Assembly (NCBI RefSeq): GCF_009914755.1
Contig: NC_060932.1
Origin: the human T2T-CHM13v2.0 reference genome, Homo sapiens
Length of the DNA: 64,000 nt
Direction: 5' to 3' (one strand)
Part shown: one piece after another, positions 30,598 to 46,043 of the stretch
How the letters are laid out: every line of letters starts with the position of its first letter
Numbering within the stretch: the first letter of the stretch is position 1
Notes under the pieces: model-generated
What the model saw: the letters and a program-made list of their open reading frames with translations, nothing else
Database searches by the model: none
What the model was told of the DNA's origin: nothing
Translations under genes and position numbers: made by a program

Positions 30598-31722
30598 TAC
30601 AGATGATGGCACATTTTTACAATATTAAATATAATTTAGAAATATATTTTTAATACTTTAATTCATTAATGTGATTATCTTGGAACACAGGGCAACCGAA
30701 AAATTCTATACTGATATAGAGATTCAAAAAATAAATTTCAAATCAGTGAATATTCATAAATAAAATAATATCAGATACTTGTGTACTTATTACACATAAG
30801 ATAGTTGTCTGCTACGTTAAACTTCTTAATCATAATAACCCTAGGTAGACCTTTGATCTCTTTATTAGTTTGTCTATAAATCATGGGTCTCTATGCAATA
30901 TATACCATAGAGTTGTGTTGGACGCTAATTAAAAGACTGAATTTTCGCCTAGCATATTTCCTGAAACAAAACAGACAATAAATGAATGTAAGAAAGGGAG
31001 TTCAAGATATTTCACCTGAATATCCTATGTTCTGTTAGCTTATGTATATTAGATACTGGCCATTTATATTATAAAAATGTATGGAAATAAAACGCCTTAA
31101 CTGCTCAATTTGGTTCAATAATATTTATTGAGGATGTGGTTATAGCTGGTATTTCAATTGTGTCATACCATTAAATGTTTGCAGTAACTCTACATGACAG
31201 GTGTTATAATTTTCTAGTTTTAAGATTTTCTAGTTTTAGAATTTGGAATCAGAGAGAATAAACATGATATAACATGATAAAAAGTCAAGGGTTTTAGTCA
31301 GGCTACTTGGTCAAATATCATTTCTCTATCATTTATAGGCTCTCTGACTTTAATAGAATGATTACATCTGGGGCAAAGGTTTTTTTTTTTTTTTAACCAA
31401 ATGAGTATAAAACATATAAAGGACTAAAAGCAGTGTCTGTCAAGTAGTAAGTAATCATTACTTCATTGTTAAAGTAGGTAATAGATCAACAATTCAAACA
31501 CTAGATTTCTTAATCCAAAGCCCATGTTTTTCTATTTGCTAGAAAAGCATTTACTAATACATAGAAACATAGTTAGAAAATTTAAAAACGTAACGAGAAT
31601 AAATGACCATATTAGTAATGTCATCCAATTATTGATCTAATGTGTTTATGAAAGGAACTGATTCAAACAATTCGATAACCAAACATAGCTTATGAAATAA
31701 GTTTAGCAGAGTGTATACTTAC

Positions 31723-31917
31723 TTTGGCAATATGGTCTTTCATTTCTCCAACTCCAAGTACCATTAGGAAGACATTCGATGGAGGCAGGACCTAGTCCAT
31801 GATAACCAGGGTCACAGCTGAAAACTACTTTGGTTTTGTATTCATAATGGGAGCCATTCACAATTCGCCATCTTCCATGTTCCAAGATAAAGGAATTGAT
31901 GCTTGGACATGTAACAA
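31723..31917 (-). CDS. CSMD3: CSMD3 coding exon, Sushi domain (VVTCPSINSFILEHG...WRNERPYCQ)
   Basis: tgtatag|TT acceptor, A|gtaagt donor; 195 nt, phase 1-1. Confidence 0.97.
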
Positions 31918-33008
31918 CTATACAAAAACCAAAGGGTGTAATTGCTAACAAATCACTATATCTCAACGTCTATTCCATTCTTTACATCTCCACTGACCTA
32001 ATTCACTTACTCTTGCACTATACAAGGTCCTTTAGCATTTGTTCTTTATTTCTTTTGCATGTTGATATTTTCCATTCCCCTAGCTATATGGTATTGCTGG
32101 CAGTCTGGAACACACTCAATGGTTTCACAATTCAATCTTGTACTTATTATTCTACCTACTTAGAATCCCAGTTGTTGGCTTACCTCTACTCCCTTATTTC
32201 TTTATAAGTTTAGAAAAGACTATATTTTGAGGAAATTTTTTTGATGTGAATGGCCTTTTTGTGCAGGAGTAGTGATATCAACTTTAGCTAATTCAAAACT
32301 TTTTCAAGGTAAGTAGAAGCCTTATTAGAAACCTATGCTGAGAGTGCGAACAACTTAACAATCTTCATTTTAAATGAAATCACAACTAAGTGGAAATGCT
32401 AGTACTAAATGGGAAAAAATAATCGAAATATAGAGAAAATTCAAGAGTTTATTCACATCAATATTTTCTATTTTTTGCTACCAAATCTTTACCAGAATTA
32501 ATGTCTTATCATTATGTAAACTTATTTACCTAGTGAAGTAATAGTGACAGCAATAGGAACTCTTCTAAGTGTAAGTAAACAGAAGAATATCAACAAAAGT
32601 TTAAAGTTATGGATAATTTTTGCAACATTATTTATCCTTATAAAATCAGAGTGAAATATGTCAAAATATAATTTTATTAACACAGTCTTTAAAAATTTTC
32701 TCAAGGGGCCATGTACTGAAAACACATGTTGACTAAAGGATGACTTTTTACAAAATAAAACATCATTGTATAAAATAAAAGTGCCTTTTTTGACATAAAT
32801 ATTCTGAGGTTTTCAAAAATGATGGAAAAGACCTTGTACTGTCTTCTAGTACTTCATTGTACAAGATAGCTTACTTAACTTTTATTTCTGACTTAGACAT
32901 CACATTTCAGTTTAGGGATTGGTTTTTATAATTCTAAAATACATAAAATTTCAGGTATATAAAATACCAAGAGAAAAACAAGTGATGAAATTCCCTTGAC
33001 ACACATAC

Positions 33009-33194
33009 CAACACAGCGAGGGGTCTTGTTATGATTGCTCCATGTTCCATCTGATTGGCATACAGCTGTAGTGAGTTCTTTGGATGACAATCGATATCCA
33101 TCATTACAAAAATAGGTAACTCGCGTTCCTACCAAATAGTCTGTTGTTAGTATTCCTCCATTTGTTGGAGCTTTAGGAATCCCACAGGAAATTG
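33009..33194 (-). CDS. CSMD3: CSMD3 coding exon, Sushi domain (AISCGIPKAPTNG...WSNHNKTPRCV)
   Basis: ttctag|CA acceptor, G|gtatgt donor; 186 nt, phase 1-1. Confidence 0.97.
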
Positions 33195-34120
33195 CTAGAA
33201 AAACATACACACAAGCAAAATCGTATAAACAGAAAAATGTTTAATTTATTAGGTAACTCTGCTGAACTGTAAAACATGCAAAACTAACGGGGATTTTTAT
33301 CAATTCCTCTGAAACAATCTCAGAATCACAGAAATACTTTCCGAACCATAAATTTTGAATAATTTATTCCAAACCCTTATTTAGTAATGTTTATAAATTG
33401 ATGAATCTATACATTGTTAATGCTTTATTTCTTGGTTTCTTACTTAATTTCTGGTGATCATGTGCATGGTTATCAGCATTTGTATGGATTATATGAGAAT
33501 GCAAGTTAGGTAAAGAGTATCTCTAATGCAAGCCCATGACTGGACCATCATATAGCAAGTTTGATTAATTCAATTTGACAGATAAATATTAAATATTTTA
33601 AAGAGAGTGGCAACCAATATGAATCATAATTTTGGTCAGGAATAAATCAAATAGATTTATTTTACCTGAAAGCTGGCTATTTCTGTCTTAGCAGAAGCCA
33701 CAATGTATGAGCTGGGGCACCATCCACAAAGTATTGTGTATATTGGATATGTTTAATAAATACAAGGCCAGGACTTACTGTCTTAAAAACCTAGTTAGGA
33801 TCTTCCTGAATTTCACTGATGTGTCTTAGATGTCTTGATTTTTATCTACAATACATTTGATTTAGGTGAAAATTAGTTTTACTATGATGTGATAATAATG
33901 TAAAATGTTATATTTGCCTAGTTTGTTGTATATATTTTATACTTTACAATTTTAAAAGGCTACAGAAAAATCCCCTAAAATTGATTTTTTACCATTTTTG
34001 CCCTATTAAGTACACAATTGGCACTTAGAAACAGAAAAAAAAAAACACATAATCTTTCAAATAACATGTACATAATCTTTCAAAGTATATATTTGGTAGC
34101 AATACTCAATTAAAGTCAGG

Positions 34121-34615
<495 letters not shown>

Positions 34616-37206
34616 TAAATATTTATACATATCTCCACATAAGGACTAACGTATTTGAATATGAGTGTCATTCCAGAACCAACTGGAGTTATGTAATAAC
34701 TGATAGATATATGTAGTGCATTATTGTTATAAAATGAGAAAGCTTCTGTATTATGAAAGATATCTAGCTTACACGTTTCATACAAAGAATTACAGATTTA
34801 TATTTTCTCTCATAACAGAAGAAATAAACTACAGAAAGATGAGTTTAGTTTAAATATTATAAATGCTATGTACTATTCACCCATCTTCCATTTCGACCAA
34901 AAATTGTTTCCACTTCTCTTATAAAATCTACCATTTGCTGCTTAATTTTCATTAACCCACGTAAATTAAATATAAAATGAAAAACCTTAGTGAAATCTTT
35001 ACAAAACTGTCAAAACTGAATGGCAGAATCCCTACTGCTGAATAATTGATCTTCTGTAATTTGGTAACCTGTAAATTATGAACAGAAAAGCTGTAACACT
35101 GACTTAAAATACATATGCAATCTCACATAATTATGTTATTATCCCTGCTTTCTAATTACAGAACCTCTAAAATAGTGTTGAAAAGTAAATGGTTCCCTGA
35201 TGTCTGATAAAGCAATGTTTATATTTTCACTTAGAACTTTTGGGAATTTCAAGTTGTTATATGCCATCTCCCTCCCAAAGATCATGTATTTACTGATTTT
35301 TAAAAATTAACTATTCATTGTTGGTGTAGTATAGATTGAATCTAGGTCAAAGTAAAAAGAGATGTAGTTAAATAGTATAGATTCCACATATATGTTTAGT
35401 AAAATGTGGTTCTATTTTAGAACTAAAAAGAGACAACGTACCAGAATAATGGGACAATTCCTGTGCCTATGGATAGTTAACAATTTAACTTCTCCGCTAA
35501 TTTTTTTAAAAAGAAGAAAAGAAAGAAAATAAATCCAGTTCAGAAGAAAAGTCATCATAATTGAGTGGTTGTAAAAGAGGCTTGTCTATACAACTCTCAG
35601 GAAATCACAAATTAAAAGTGAGACGGAATACAAAGTGAGTTTCCACGTAACACTACATAATATTTAATTATATTCATGAGGATTGTTCAATTTTTGAGGG
35701 GGGGATCAATAGTTATGTGATGAGAACAAAAATAAATAAAACACCTGACCAAACCCAAATAGATATAGCTGACTAATTTTCTATGTTTATCCTCATGTTG
35801 TGTAACTTTATAGCTCAAGTAAATGTATGTCAGGATGTATAAGAAGACCTAAGAGGTAAGAGAAAGAAAAATGACTGAAAAATGCAAAACAAGTTGAAAT
35901 AAAAGGTGCATTATGCAAATAGCTCTTCCAAATGACATACAAACATTTCATTTCAATTAGTAATGTCCAAATAGAGGTCATATCCTGTAAGCATTTTTTC
36001 TTAATCTTTTTTAACAATTAGAAAAGATCAATTTTTGGAAATGGCTACATGATTTACATATATTTTATCATTTTACTTCACCAAATATCTCATTTTTAAA
36101 CTATATTTCAACTTTCTTATTTGAATTTAAAACAATTTTAAATTAAGGACATTGAAAAAATGACTCCATATGTAAATTACATGGAATATATTCAATGAAA
36201 TTGTAGCACTAATTCTACAAAGCAATTTCAAAATTTCAGAAAGCATGCGGTATTTTTATTTTACATGATAGTCAATTATTCTCACAAAATGTTTCTTAAG
36301 GATTATATATGTATACCATATAGGAGTGTGTATGTGTATGTGTGTATATAAATATAAATAAAAGCAATCATTATGTAACTAAAATACAAAAGTTTAAAAT
36401 TAAAAACAATTAAAATTCAGAGCATGTTAATGGTTATTTAAAATATATATATTATAAGCTTATTTTATATCTTTTAATTCTATTATGAAATTTGACATCA
36501 AAGATTCTTTCCCAAATTAATTCTGGGAAATCAGTTAATACTAAGAACTGTAAATACTCCTGCTATTCATTGGTCGAAGGAAAGCAGCTGTTTTAATACT
36601 TTATTAAAATGTATCTATTCTGCATGAAGTAAATGCCTTCAGTGTTGATAACCCATTAAGGTAATGGTGCTTCCCAGAATCCTAATAAGTGATTAATGTT
36701 TCCTTGCATCAATACAACAAGAAACAATAATTCTTTCATTTTGCATTTGTTTACATATGCCTTTGAAAGCTATCCTTTTATGAATTATAAATTGCACTCT
36801 AATAGGTAAAAGAAGCCATTTCAAGTGCCTGGTAATACCTATTCTTTAGCTAATTTTAACTTATTATTGGTTGATTTTAAATTTTAATTACCTATCTTAC
36901 ATTTTGTTTTTTATAAATGCCCACCAAAAAATAGGTAATAAGTAAGACTTCTTGTTTATTAACCTAGAGTATCCTGCATTTTTTCATGTGAGAATTCAAA
37001 GTTGCTATCTGCATCTTTACATGCTGAGTAGAGTTAAACAAAATACAAAATTAATTTTCATCTTGATAAAATAATATAATGAATTAAGTATTTTAAAATT
37101 TTCAAAGTCCAATGACATTAGCTTTTCTGCGTAGCTGATGTTGAGCTTGTCTTTATGACTATGACTACACTTACGTAAGAGACTCAACTACTATTTAAAA
37201 CAAGTC

Positions 37207-37360
<154 letters not shown>

Positions 37361-37979
37361 TAATCAAAAACTCTAAAACATGCAATTTTTTGATTAACAA
37401 GCTTGTTATTCTTTTTGCAGCATGATATAATGCTCAGTGCCTCGACTTTTGACAAAATACAAAGAAAAATAAAAAACATATCTTTGATATCTCTGTTGTG
37501 TTATCTGTACCACTGAAGAAAAAAAATATCCAGGTGGTGGGTTACATTTTTCTCTTAAATTTGTTGCTGTGAGTGCAAATTTTGGATGCTAAGAGTGAAA
37601 CTCAGTCTTCAGTGTACTTGCCCATTCTTATTCTCTATTACCTCTCTGCAGACTTCATACTAACTCAGTCTTCCTCTCTTTCAATAATTGTCTTAAAACA
37701 AAGTAACTGGAATGGAGGATGTATGAATAAAGTATGTATACAAGGGGAAAAAGTCAAGGCATATAAGTTGCATAACAATAATGAATAATTATAAAACAGT
37801 ATGTTTCTTTCCCCTGGAATTTATCATTCTGCAATGTTATGCCTTGTTTTTATGAAAAGAGTTCACAATATGCTTCCGAATATTTCCATTCTCAGAAAAG
37901 TTAGTGATCCAAATAAAAACGTTAAATGGTGCTAATCTCACATTCATGTTTTTGTTCATTTTGGCATAATATACTTCAC

Positions 37980-38168
37980 CTTGACAGGCAGGGACTGGCG
38001 CATCCCATGCATGATACCCATAGGAAGACTTTCTGCACACAGCACTGCTTTTTCCAACAAGTCGGAATCCTCGATCACAGGCCCAACGGACCACACTGTT
38101 AAGCTGCCCACCTGTCTGACTGATAATATATCCATGAGGTGGGGATTCTGGTGTACTACAGTAGAAAG
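37980..38168 (-). CDS. CSMD3: CSMD3 coding exon, first Sushi of the tandem array ([13 protein letters not shown]...WDAPVPACQ)
   Basis: ttttgaaaag|CT acceptor, G|gtgaag donor; 189 nt, phase 1-1. Confidence 0.96.
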
Positions 38169-39256
38169 CTTTTCAAAAGAAAAAAAAAATGCTGTTTAAT
38201 TAATGAATCAGAAGTTATTACCCAAAGTGATAAACACCTATACAGCGACTAGTGCTTAAAAGTAGGTCAGTGGTCATCTATGTAAATTTTACTTCATATG
38301 AACAACATATTGTGCTCTTTCCTCTTTTGAAAATGATCTACTGACACAACTTTTGGGAGACATAACTAACTCTGAGCTTTCTTCCAATTTATATTGTCAC
38401 CGAAAATGTCTTCTGAATTGAAATGTATTTTCTTAACACCCTGGAGGTTCAGAAGCCCAACAAATATCTAACTGAATTTTGGAAACCGCATTTCCTGTCA
38501 TTTGAGGGACCTATATGCCACAGCCTTGGTAGCAATATTTTAGAGCATGTCGTTTACATGTCACTTTGAAGTTATATCCAGACACCTCTACCATGTTAGG
38601 TCATACATTTCATTTTGGTTGATGTCTAAAATAAGCCCCCACATTCCATAATCCTCTTTCCCAGTCTATTAAAGTGTGCCCATTCTGTCAAGAGCGTTTA
38701 CATATTATGATACAAATTGCCAATAAAATAAAAAAGTTTTTTCATCTCCTGATGTTTGAAATGCCAACAGATACTGTCAAATAGCTTTTTCATATGTACT
38801 TTTGAGAATATTCAGCATGGCAGGTCCCATTTACCTTCTGAAACTTTAATGAATTCATCTGAGAAAAATGGGGCTTTGGGGGTAAATAGTAAGAAACAAA
38901 TTGGACTTAGGATATATATGTCATAACCTGTCATTTCTAAAGGCAAAAATACATATTTAATATGTCAAGCTGTTCTTGAGGGCTAAAAGTGGTATTTTCA
39001 TTATATTAATATCCAACTTTGTCATAAATAATAAGAACAAGGATTGGTCTATAATACAGTCAATCTAATACTTACAATTGTTTAATTTGAATAGTTTCCT
39101 TTTATGTTATCATGTATCATGAATTTAATGTGCTGACTTTTAAATGCCCTATTTGGGCAACACTTTAATAAAAAGATATTTACATTGTTTATATTATAGA
39201 AACATAAGCTCAAGTATGAAAATTCTTCAAGATGACTGGGTGTATCATATAGTTCA

Positions 39257-39587
<331 letters not shown>

Positions 39588-40023
39588 TGATTGCATAATA
39601 AATTATTTTTGATTTAATAGAAACATTGTAGGATACAATTATGTACATAGTAGTAATATGCTGTCAGTCACAAGTTATTCTAATATGTAAAATACAAATT
39701 ATTAATTAGTTAAAATCAAACTATCATCTCAGAGTTTTAAAATCAAGGGAATTAAACAGAATTATTCTATTCATACATTTTATATGTAGTTGTAAATTTG
39801 TATAAATGAGTAAAATTCAAGAGTATACTTTTTAGAACTGAAATTCAAAATGTATCTGTCTATGCCCGGAATCATAGTGTCAGAGTTTATAAAACATTTA
39901 TAAAAGGAATTTTCGGTTGAATTGATTACCAATGACACATGATTTGGGAAGCATGGTGTGAACACTGTATAGAAAGAGACAGCTGGCTGATTCTGAGGGA
40001 TTCTGCTATTGAGCACATATCCA

Positions 40024-40089
40024 TGGCCTCTGACATGATTTAGAATGGTCTCTGACGTGATTTAGAATGGTCTCTGACATGATTTAGAA
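40024..40089. repeat. Minisatellite, 3 x 22 bp
   Basis: TGG(C/T)CTCTGAC(A/G)TGATTTAGAA three times. Confidence 0.95.
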
Positions 40090-40560
40090 GGGCAGTAAAG
40101 AAAAGGAACATAACCTTCACATAATAGAGGACTATTTATGTACATTTACTCAACAAGAAAATTATTGGTTCAGTATCAGTAGACCCTATAAACAGGAAGA
40201 CATAATAGAAAAATCTATGTCATCTTGCTATTAACAAGAATTTCCAGCCTACATCTTTCTAAGCATCACGCAAGGAAAAGCAGTAGCGACAAAACGCTTC
40301 CGTTTTTAAAAACGGAAGGTTTGTAAATGATGTGTTACTCTCTCTTTCGACATTTAAGATATTTTAGCAAGTATCACAAATAGATGGATAAAAATTAAAA
40401 CAAAGATTTTGACCTCTGTATGTTTATCCTTTGTTTTAACTTGTCATTTAAAGGAGTTCTTAAATAGGTCAGATAACACACAGCTGAGCAACACTATTAA
40501 TATTTTTTGTCAGTTCAAAGAAAACAAATCTATTTTTTAAAGTATTAAAAATCACAGTTT

Positions 40561-40712
40561 AATTTATAACTGACATATAAGTCATAAATATCCTAAATGC
40601 TTTTTTAGGATTTTTTAGTCATAAATATCCTAAAATGCTTTTAGGACATATAGGATAATTTATAACTGACATATAAGTCATAAATATCCTAAATGCTTTT
40701 TTAGGATATTTT
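40561..40712. repeat. Complex direct repeat with hairpin-forming units
   Basis: AATTTATAACTGACATATAAGTCATAAATATCCTAAATGCTTTTTTAGGA at 40561 and 40657, with a partial copy at 40617. Confidence 0.9.
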
Positions 40713-40907
40713 ACAAAATCATATGAGGGATGTAGAATTATTATCATTACAATAGGAAATAGAGAGGTTACATAAATTGTCCAGGAACCATCAATGGAGG
40801 AGCTGTGATTTGAATTCATGTCTAACTGAATAGTGTCTCTGCTCCTTAATCATAATCATACCGAAGATGATAGTGAGATCTGTCCTGAAGTTATAAGTTT
40901 TACATAC

Positions 40908-41054
40908 CTATATATCTTATCCGGAAGCCTTTTTTGTTATTGCCATGATCTGCTGACCACTGAAGAAATACTTCATGACCATTGCTTGTTATATTAAAAG
41001 CAGATGAATAATCCCCACTGAGGGAAATAAGCACTGGACTTTGAATATTTGGTC
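40908..41054 (-). CDS. CSMD3: CSMD3 coding exon, second half of the last CUB domain (GPNIQSPVLISLSG...ADHGNNKKGFRIRYI)
   Basis: cccaaag|GA acceptor, G|gtatgt donor; 147 nt; not in the ORF track. Confidence 0.96.
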
Positions 41055-41430
41055 CTTTGGGAAGAAAATAAAACAATTTAGATAAAGCTAATTATATTCT
41101 CATTTGTCTTTAGTATTTTATATCTTTAGAATAGTATTAAATATGGTTAAATTGCTTCACCACCAATCTACCTCATTAACAATAATTGAAAACATAAAAT
41201 GTTTGTTTTAAGCATTTTAATTCTATAGCTAAATGATGTATAATTTGTAAAATAATAGTGGAGCTAACTATAATTTTCATATGGTATAGGAGTGAATTTA
41301 ATGTTGGTACTTCTAAAAATATCTGTAAGATAAACTCACATAAGCAGCTGTTTATACTCAAAGTTTACATGTATAATTAGAACATTTGTACTTAATTGAT
41401 GAATATCCAATAAATATAACCCTTGGTTAC

Positions 41431-41619
41431 CATCATACACCTGAAGAACATCAAATTCCTTTTCTGTCTGGAAGAATTCTACAAACATGGTGATATTATA
41501 ACCCTTTTCCACTGAAATGCTCCATGCACACATTTGAAGATTTGGGTAACTGTCAGGATATCCAGGGCTCAATATGACTCCAGTAGAATCTAGCCGTAAT
41601 TCATTGGCAGGACAGAGCA
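41431..41619 (-). CDS. CSMD3: CSMD3 coding exon, first half of the last CUB domain (VLCPANELRLDSTGVILSPGYP...LQVYD)
   Basis: ttgacag|TG acceptor, G|gtaacc donor; 189 nt; SPGYP CUB motif. Confidence 0.97.
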
Positions 41620-44600
41620 CTGTCAAAGAAAAATGTCATTAAATAATGCCAGTCTTTTAGAGCCTCAGTGAAAACTGTATTTTAGATACTGAGTATTCTG
41701 CTTTCATGTTCAATAGCTATAAGGATGATACGTTGAATTATTTGTTAGAAGAGACAAGTTGTATTAAACTTATGATTCAAAAGCTGGAGGAATGACCTAA
41801 AAATTTATAGTATTGATTTATTTTTTATTACATGGAAGATGCACCACTTTCTGGACATAAATAAATACATAAATAAAATATAAGCCATTTAATGCCTCCT
41901 CTTTCTTCACATTTTTCCCAACCTCTCCTAATCTTTTGTTCTCCCACCTCTGCCTGTCTTATCTATGTCCTTGCTTTACCTCTTTCTTTCCTTACTTTTT
42001 AACTCACTCTCTTCTCTCTTAAACCTTCTACTCACTCAGGTGTGTGGGGTCAGATAGAAAACTGTCCTCTCTCAAAGTATTCATTTCAAGTAAAATCATT
42101 TCTGATATCAGGTATATGTTTACCATGAGGATTTAACACAGTTCTGAGTCACCAGTTGCCTTTCAGCTCTACACTATCTCCAGCCCATAAATGTAGCCCA
42201 AAGCACAAACTCTTTTTATTTAATAATATACCTCTGCTTTAATATAATATATGTATATATATCAACACACTATAAAAACACATAAAATGTGTTATACATT
42301 GACAAAAAACATAATTATGGTCTAACAGCCTGCAACATATAGCAAATTTTAGTTGTTGGCATCAATTGCATTCTGTATCAGACCAAAATTATGAACATCT
42401 ACTTAAATTTGGATTTAGAATGAAGAATATGACTAAGTTGATCAATCCCTTTTTACTCAAATTATGCCATTTTAATCTCTTACAAAATTTTTTTGAAGTT
42501 CTGTGATGTGGAAAGAGTATTGGAATTATTTAGTATGGTCCATTGTGCAGAAGTAAACCAATATGCACCAAACAGGATTTGCTTCAATATAAGGAAGAAC
42601 TTTCTATTTGTCAGAATAGTATAATGGCCATAGTAAAATGTCTTACGAACATAATTGCTAACCAGTTTTAAACTTAGACTGGACTATCTTTTGGGTGTTC
42701 TTACTGAGAACATTTAGGCAACTGAATGAATGGGTGAACTAGATAATTTTGATGATTTGGTTAATTAGAAATATATCCCATGCAATTTCCTAATTCATCT
42801 ACTATACCTTAGCTTTCATTTTGGAGTTAAATAGCATTGTTTCTCAAAATAATTAGAGCAGCACTTTAAGAAGAATTCCTGTTTTTCAATGTTTATTTGA
42901 ATGAGTTGGGATTGAAAACTACTAATGTAGTTGCTGGAATATAATAAATAGATGAAGAACTTATATATTCATAGTGTTCAGGGTACAAAGACAATTAAAT
43001 ATTTTTGAGTTATAAAGTCTCCAACAAGTATAGGAGTAGAAAAGAGTAACTAACATAGTGGATTATGGCAGCATATGATTTCTCTATAAACATGTTAATA
43101 ACTTGAAAAGACTTCTTGAAAACTTGAAAACCGGCCAGAACTAACACATGGCTTTTTGAAAACTGACTATATAATAGAGTTTAAAATATAGTATAGCTAA
43201 AGCTAAGAGCTGTTTTCTACTTTTTTTGGATATTATTTCAGTTTCTTCTACTTCAACCTGGGATTTTCCTTCATGGATATAATTTTGAGATTAAAAATAT
43301 TGCATAAATGGTATCAGGTCATTCTTTCTCCACCTAAAAAGAGAACTCTGACATTGATTTTCAAAAAATTTAAAAATACATAAAAAAGAAATAGATAAAC
43401 CTGAAGATTGGAAATGATATGGAATATATGAGTCAAAGGCCAAAAAAAAGTAAGTATGTGGCTACGACATATTGAAATGACTGGTATGATCCAATATACT
43501 TTACTACAATACACAAATTAATCTATTCTCACATTATCTAACATATAGCAAGAAGCCTGACAGCCACCAAGAATAACAGTAAATATTTGTTGATTGTAAC
43601 TTTATGTTAGGCACTGTTAAACACCATTGGTACATTATCTCCGTTATCACAACTTTAAAAACTGTGTATACTTTTTATCCCCATTGTACATATGAGAAAA
43701 CTGATGGCCAGAAAGTTTAAAGTGCTCAAAATCTCCTAGATTCAGTTGCAGCCAATGTTTTTAAACCAGAAAATGTAAGCATCCATTAAATTTCATTTAC
43801 AACAAACTCTTTACAGAAAACCATATCTGGAATTATTTTCCACATTTTAAGTGAGACACATAGAGCTACAGAGCATCTAGAGAAGAAGAGAGAAGAAAAA
43901 TGATACTACTACTTTTTTAGGAAAAGTCAAAAAATTTTTTAAATGGACTAAAAACGATGTAGGTTAATTCTAGCCGATTCCAAACAAATGACTGTCTTAG
44001 CAAGCTTGTGTAATAAACTCAATTAAACAAAAATGTAAAGTTAGTTTTTTGGCTTAAATGCCTGGTGAAATAATTAATATAGAAACTCTACATAAACTCA
44101 TTCTAAAGGATGATTTATTAACTTTATTAGCTAGTATCTGAAGTGTTATCAGGAGACAAAAATTTTCTATGTTTTCTGTATTCTCCACAGCAGACAGAAT
44201 AAGTTCAATTACTAATCTACAGGAAATTCTGATTTGGGGAATAAGACATTGAAAGTCTGAGAGACAAAAAACTGTAAAATATCTAGCTTATCTGAATGTT
44301 ATATTTACTTTAATTCGTAAAAAATTTTTTGAATTGGGATTCAGATATAAAAACAAGAAGCTTGCTCTCCAAGAGCTCACAATATAGTTTTTATTGGAGT
44401 CAAGACAGAAATGCTGTTATGTAATTGGCTCATTGACATATCCTGTGTCTGCTCAACTTTTTTTCCCATGTATAACCCCTCAAAGGTTGAGCCTCTGTCT
44501 TCTCTATTTGCATATCTAAATATCTGAACATGAAACCGACATAATCCTAAAGGTCTAGAGAGTAGCCTTACATGAAGGAAAAAGCTGAATGAATGACATC

Positions 44601-45821
44601 TAAATGTCTGGAATATGTAAGTGATAGACTTCAGAATTCTCAACCAACTTCAAGATGTCCTAATAGCAGTAAGACCATGAGAAATTCTCACATTGGCTCC
44701 AATTTATACCCCCACACCCACTTTCCTGCTTTTCTTTTTGCTACCATCAAAGCCTCCTGCAATCTTTTTATCTTCTTGAAAGGCTTTCAATTTTATAGTA
44801 TGCTTAAAACCCCATAATAATCAGAAGTTACTTTAGACTTGTTATAGCAGCTAAGATACTGCACAAGAAACAGATTTCCAAACGAAACCTAAAGAAGGAA
44901 TTAATCCAAAAAAGCTAGAAAGAATAATAAAATACAACTCAATTGTATTCAACTTAATCAACATTTATGATAATTGTGTGTTAGGCACTGTTCTGGGCCT
45001 AGGGGCTACACAAATGAACAATAAATGTTTTTTGAACATCACAGCTTAGCACATCATTCAAGGTCTATCTTTGCCTTGCTCTTGTAACATAGCGAATCCT
45101 TGAAGTCCATGCCCTGTTGTTTTTCACTTCTCTATCTTTGCATATATATCTGCCACTTAGACCACCCTCTCTCTAGCTCTGTTCTACCAGAATAAGACTC
45201 ATTGTCATTTGGAATTGTGTTTCATGACTCAGGAAACAATGCTTCCATCAAGCTTTCCCTACCCCACAACCGGTTAAAAATTATATGAATCTACAGCTTC
45301 CTGGTCTCTTTCCCTAAACACTGTACAGCTATCCCCTGTATGACTGCCATATCCCTTTTCCATGATGCTTCCACAGCGAGGGCCACTTAAAATTTATTTT
45401 TTGTTACTCTGCTTGTTTGTTTTTTCCTTAGATCCTCATTGTGTAACAGGTACTCAACAAAGTTTAATGAGTCTAGTGGTTAGATAAGAAGCTCTATCTA
45501 AGTAAAAGCAATTAACATTGAAACCTTTATTTAAAGTGATTTCCCTTTCTCTCCACCTCCATTCCCATCCCTAAGAGCAAAATAATTGAAGTAAGTTGAA
45601 CGGACTTCATGCTAAACCAGAAAAATTTACCCTTGAAAGAATCAAAGATGTTTAAAGTTAAATCTGATAAACAGTGGACTATTTCTAAATGAAATAGCAC
45701 ATATGAGTTATAAAATGTATAGCATTGTTTCCAGTTAAACATTTCATATTTATATAGATTTTTCTCAATCATACCTATATTAAGTTAAACATAAAGCAAA
45801 TATTTAAGAAATAAATAATCA

Positions 45822-46043
<222 letters not shown>

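Noticed and set aside
40024-40712. Short repeats with internal palindromes as a possible CRISPR-like array
   Set aside because: Eukaryotic intron, no regular unique spacers and no cas genes; these are ordinary tandem duplications.
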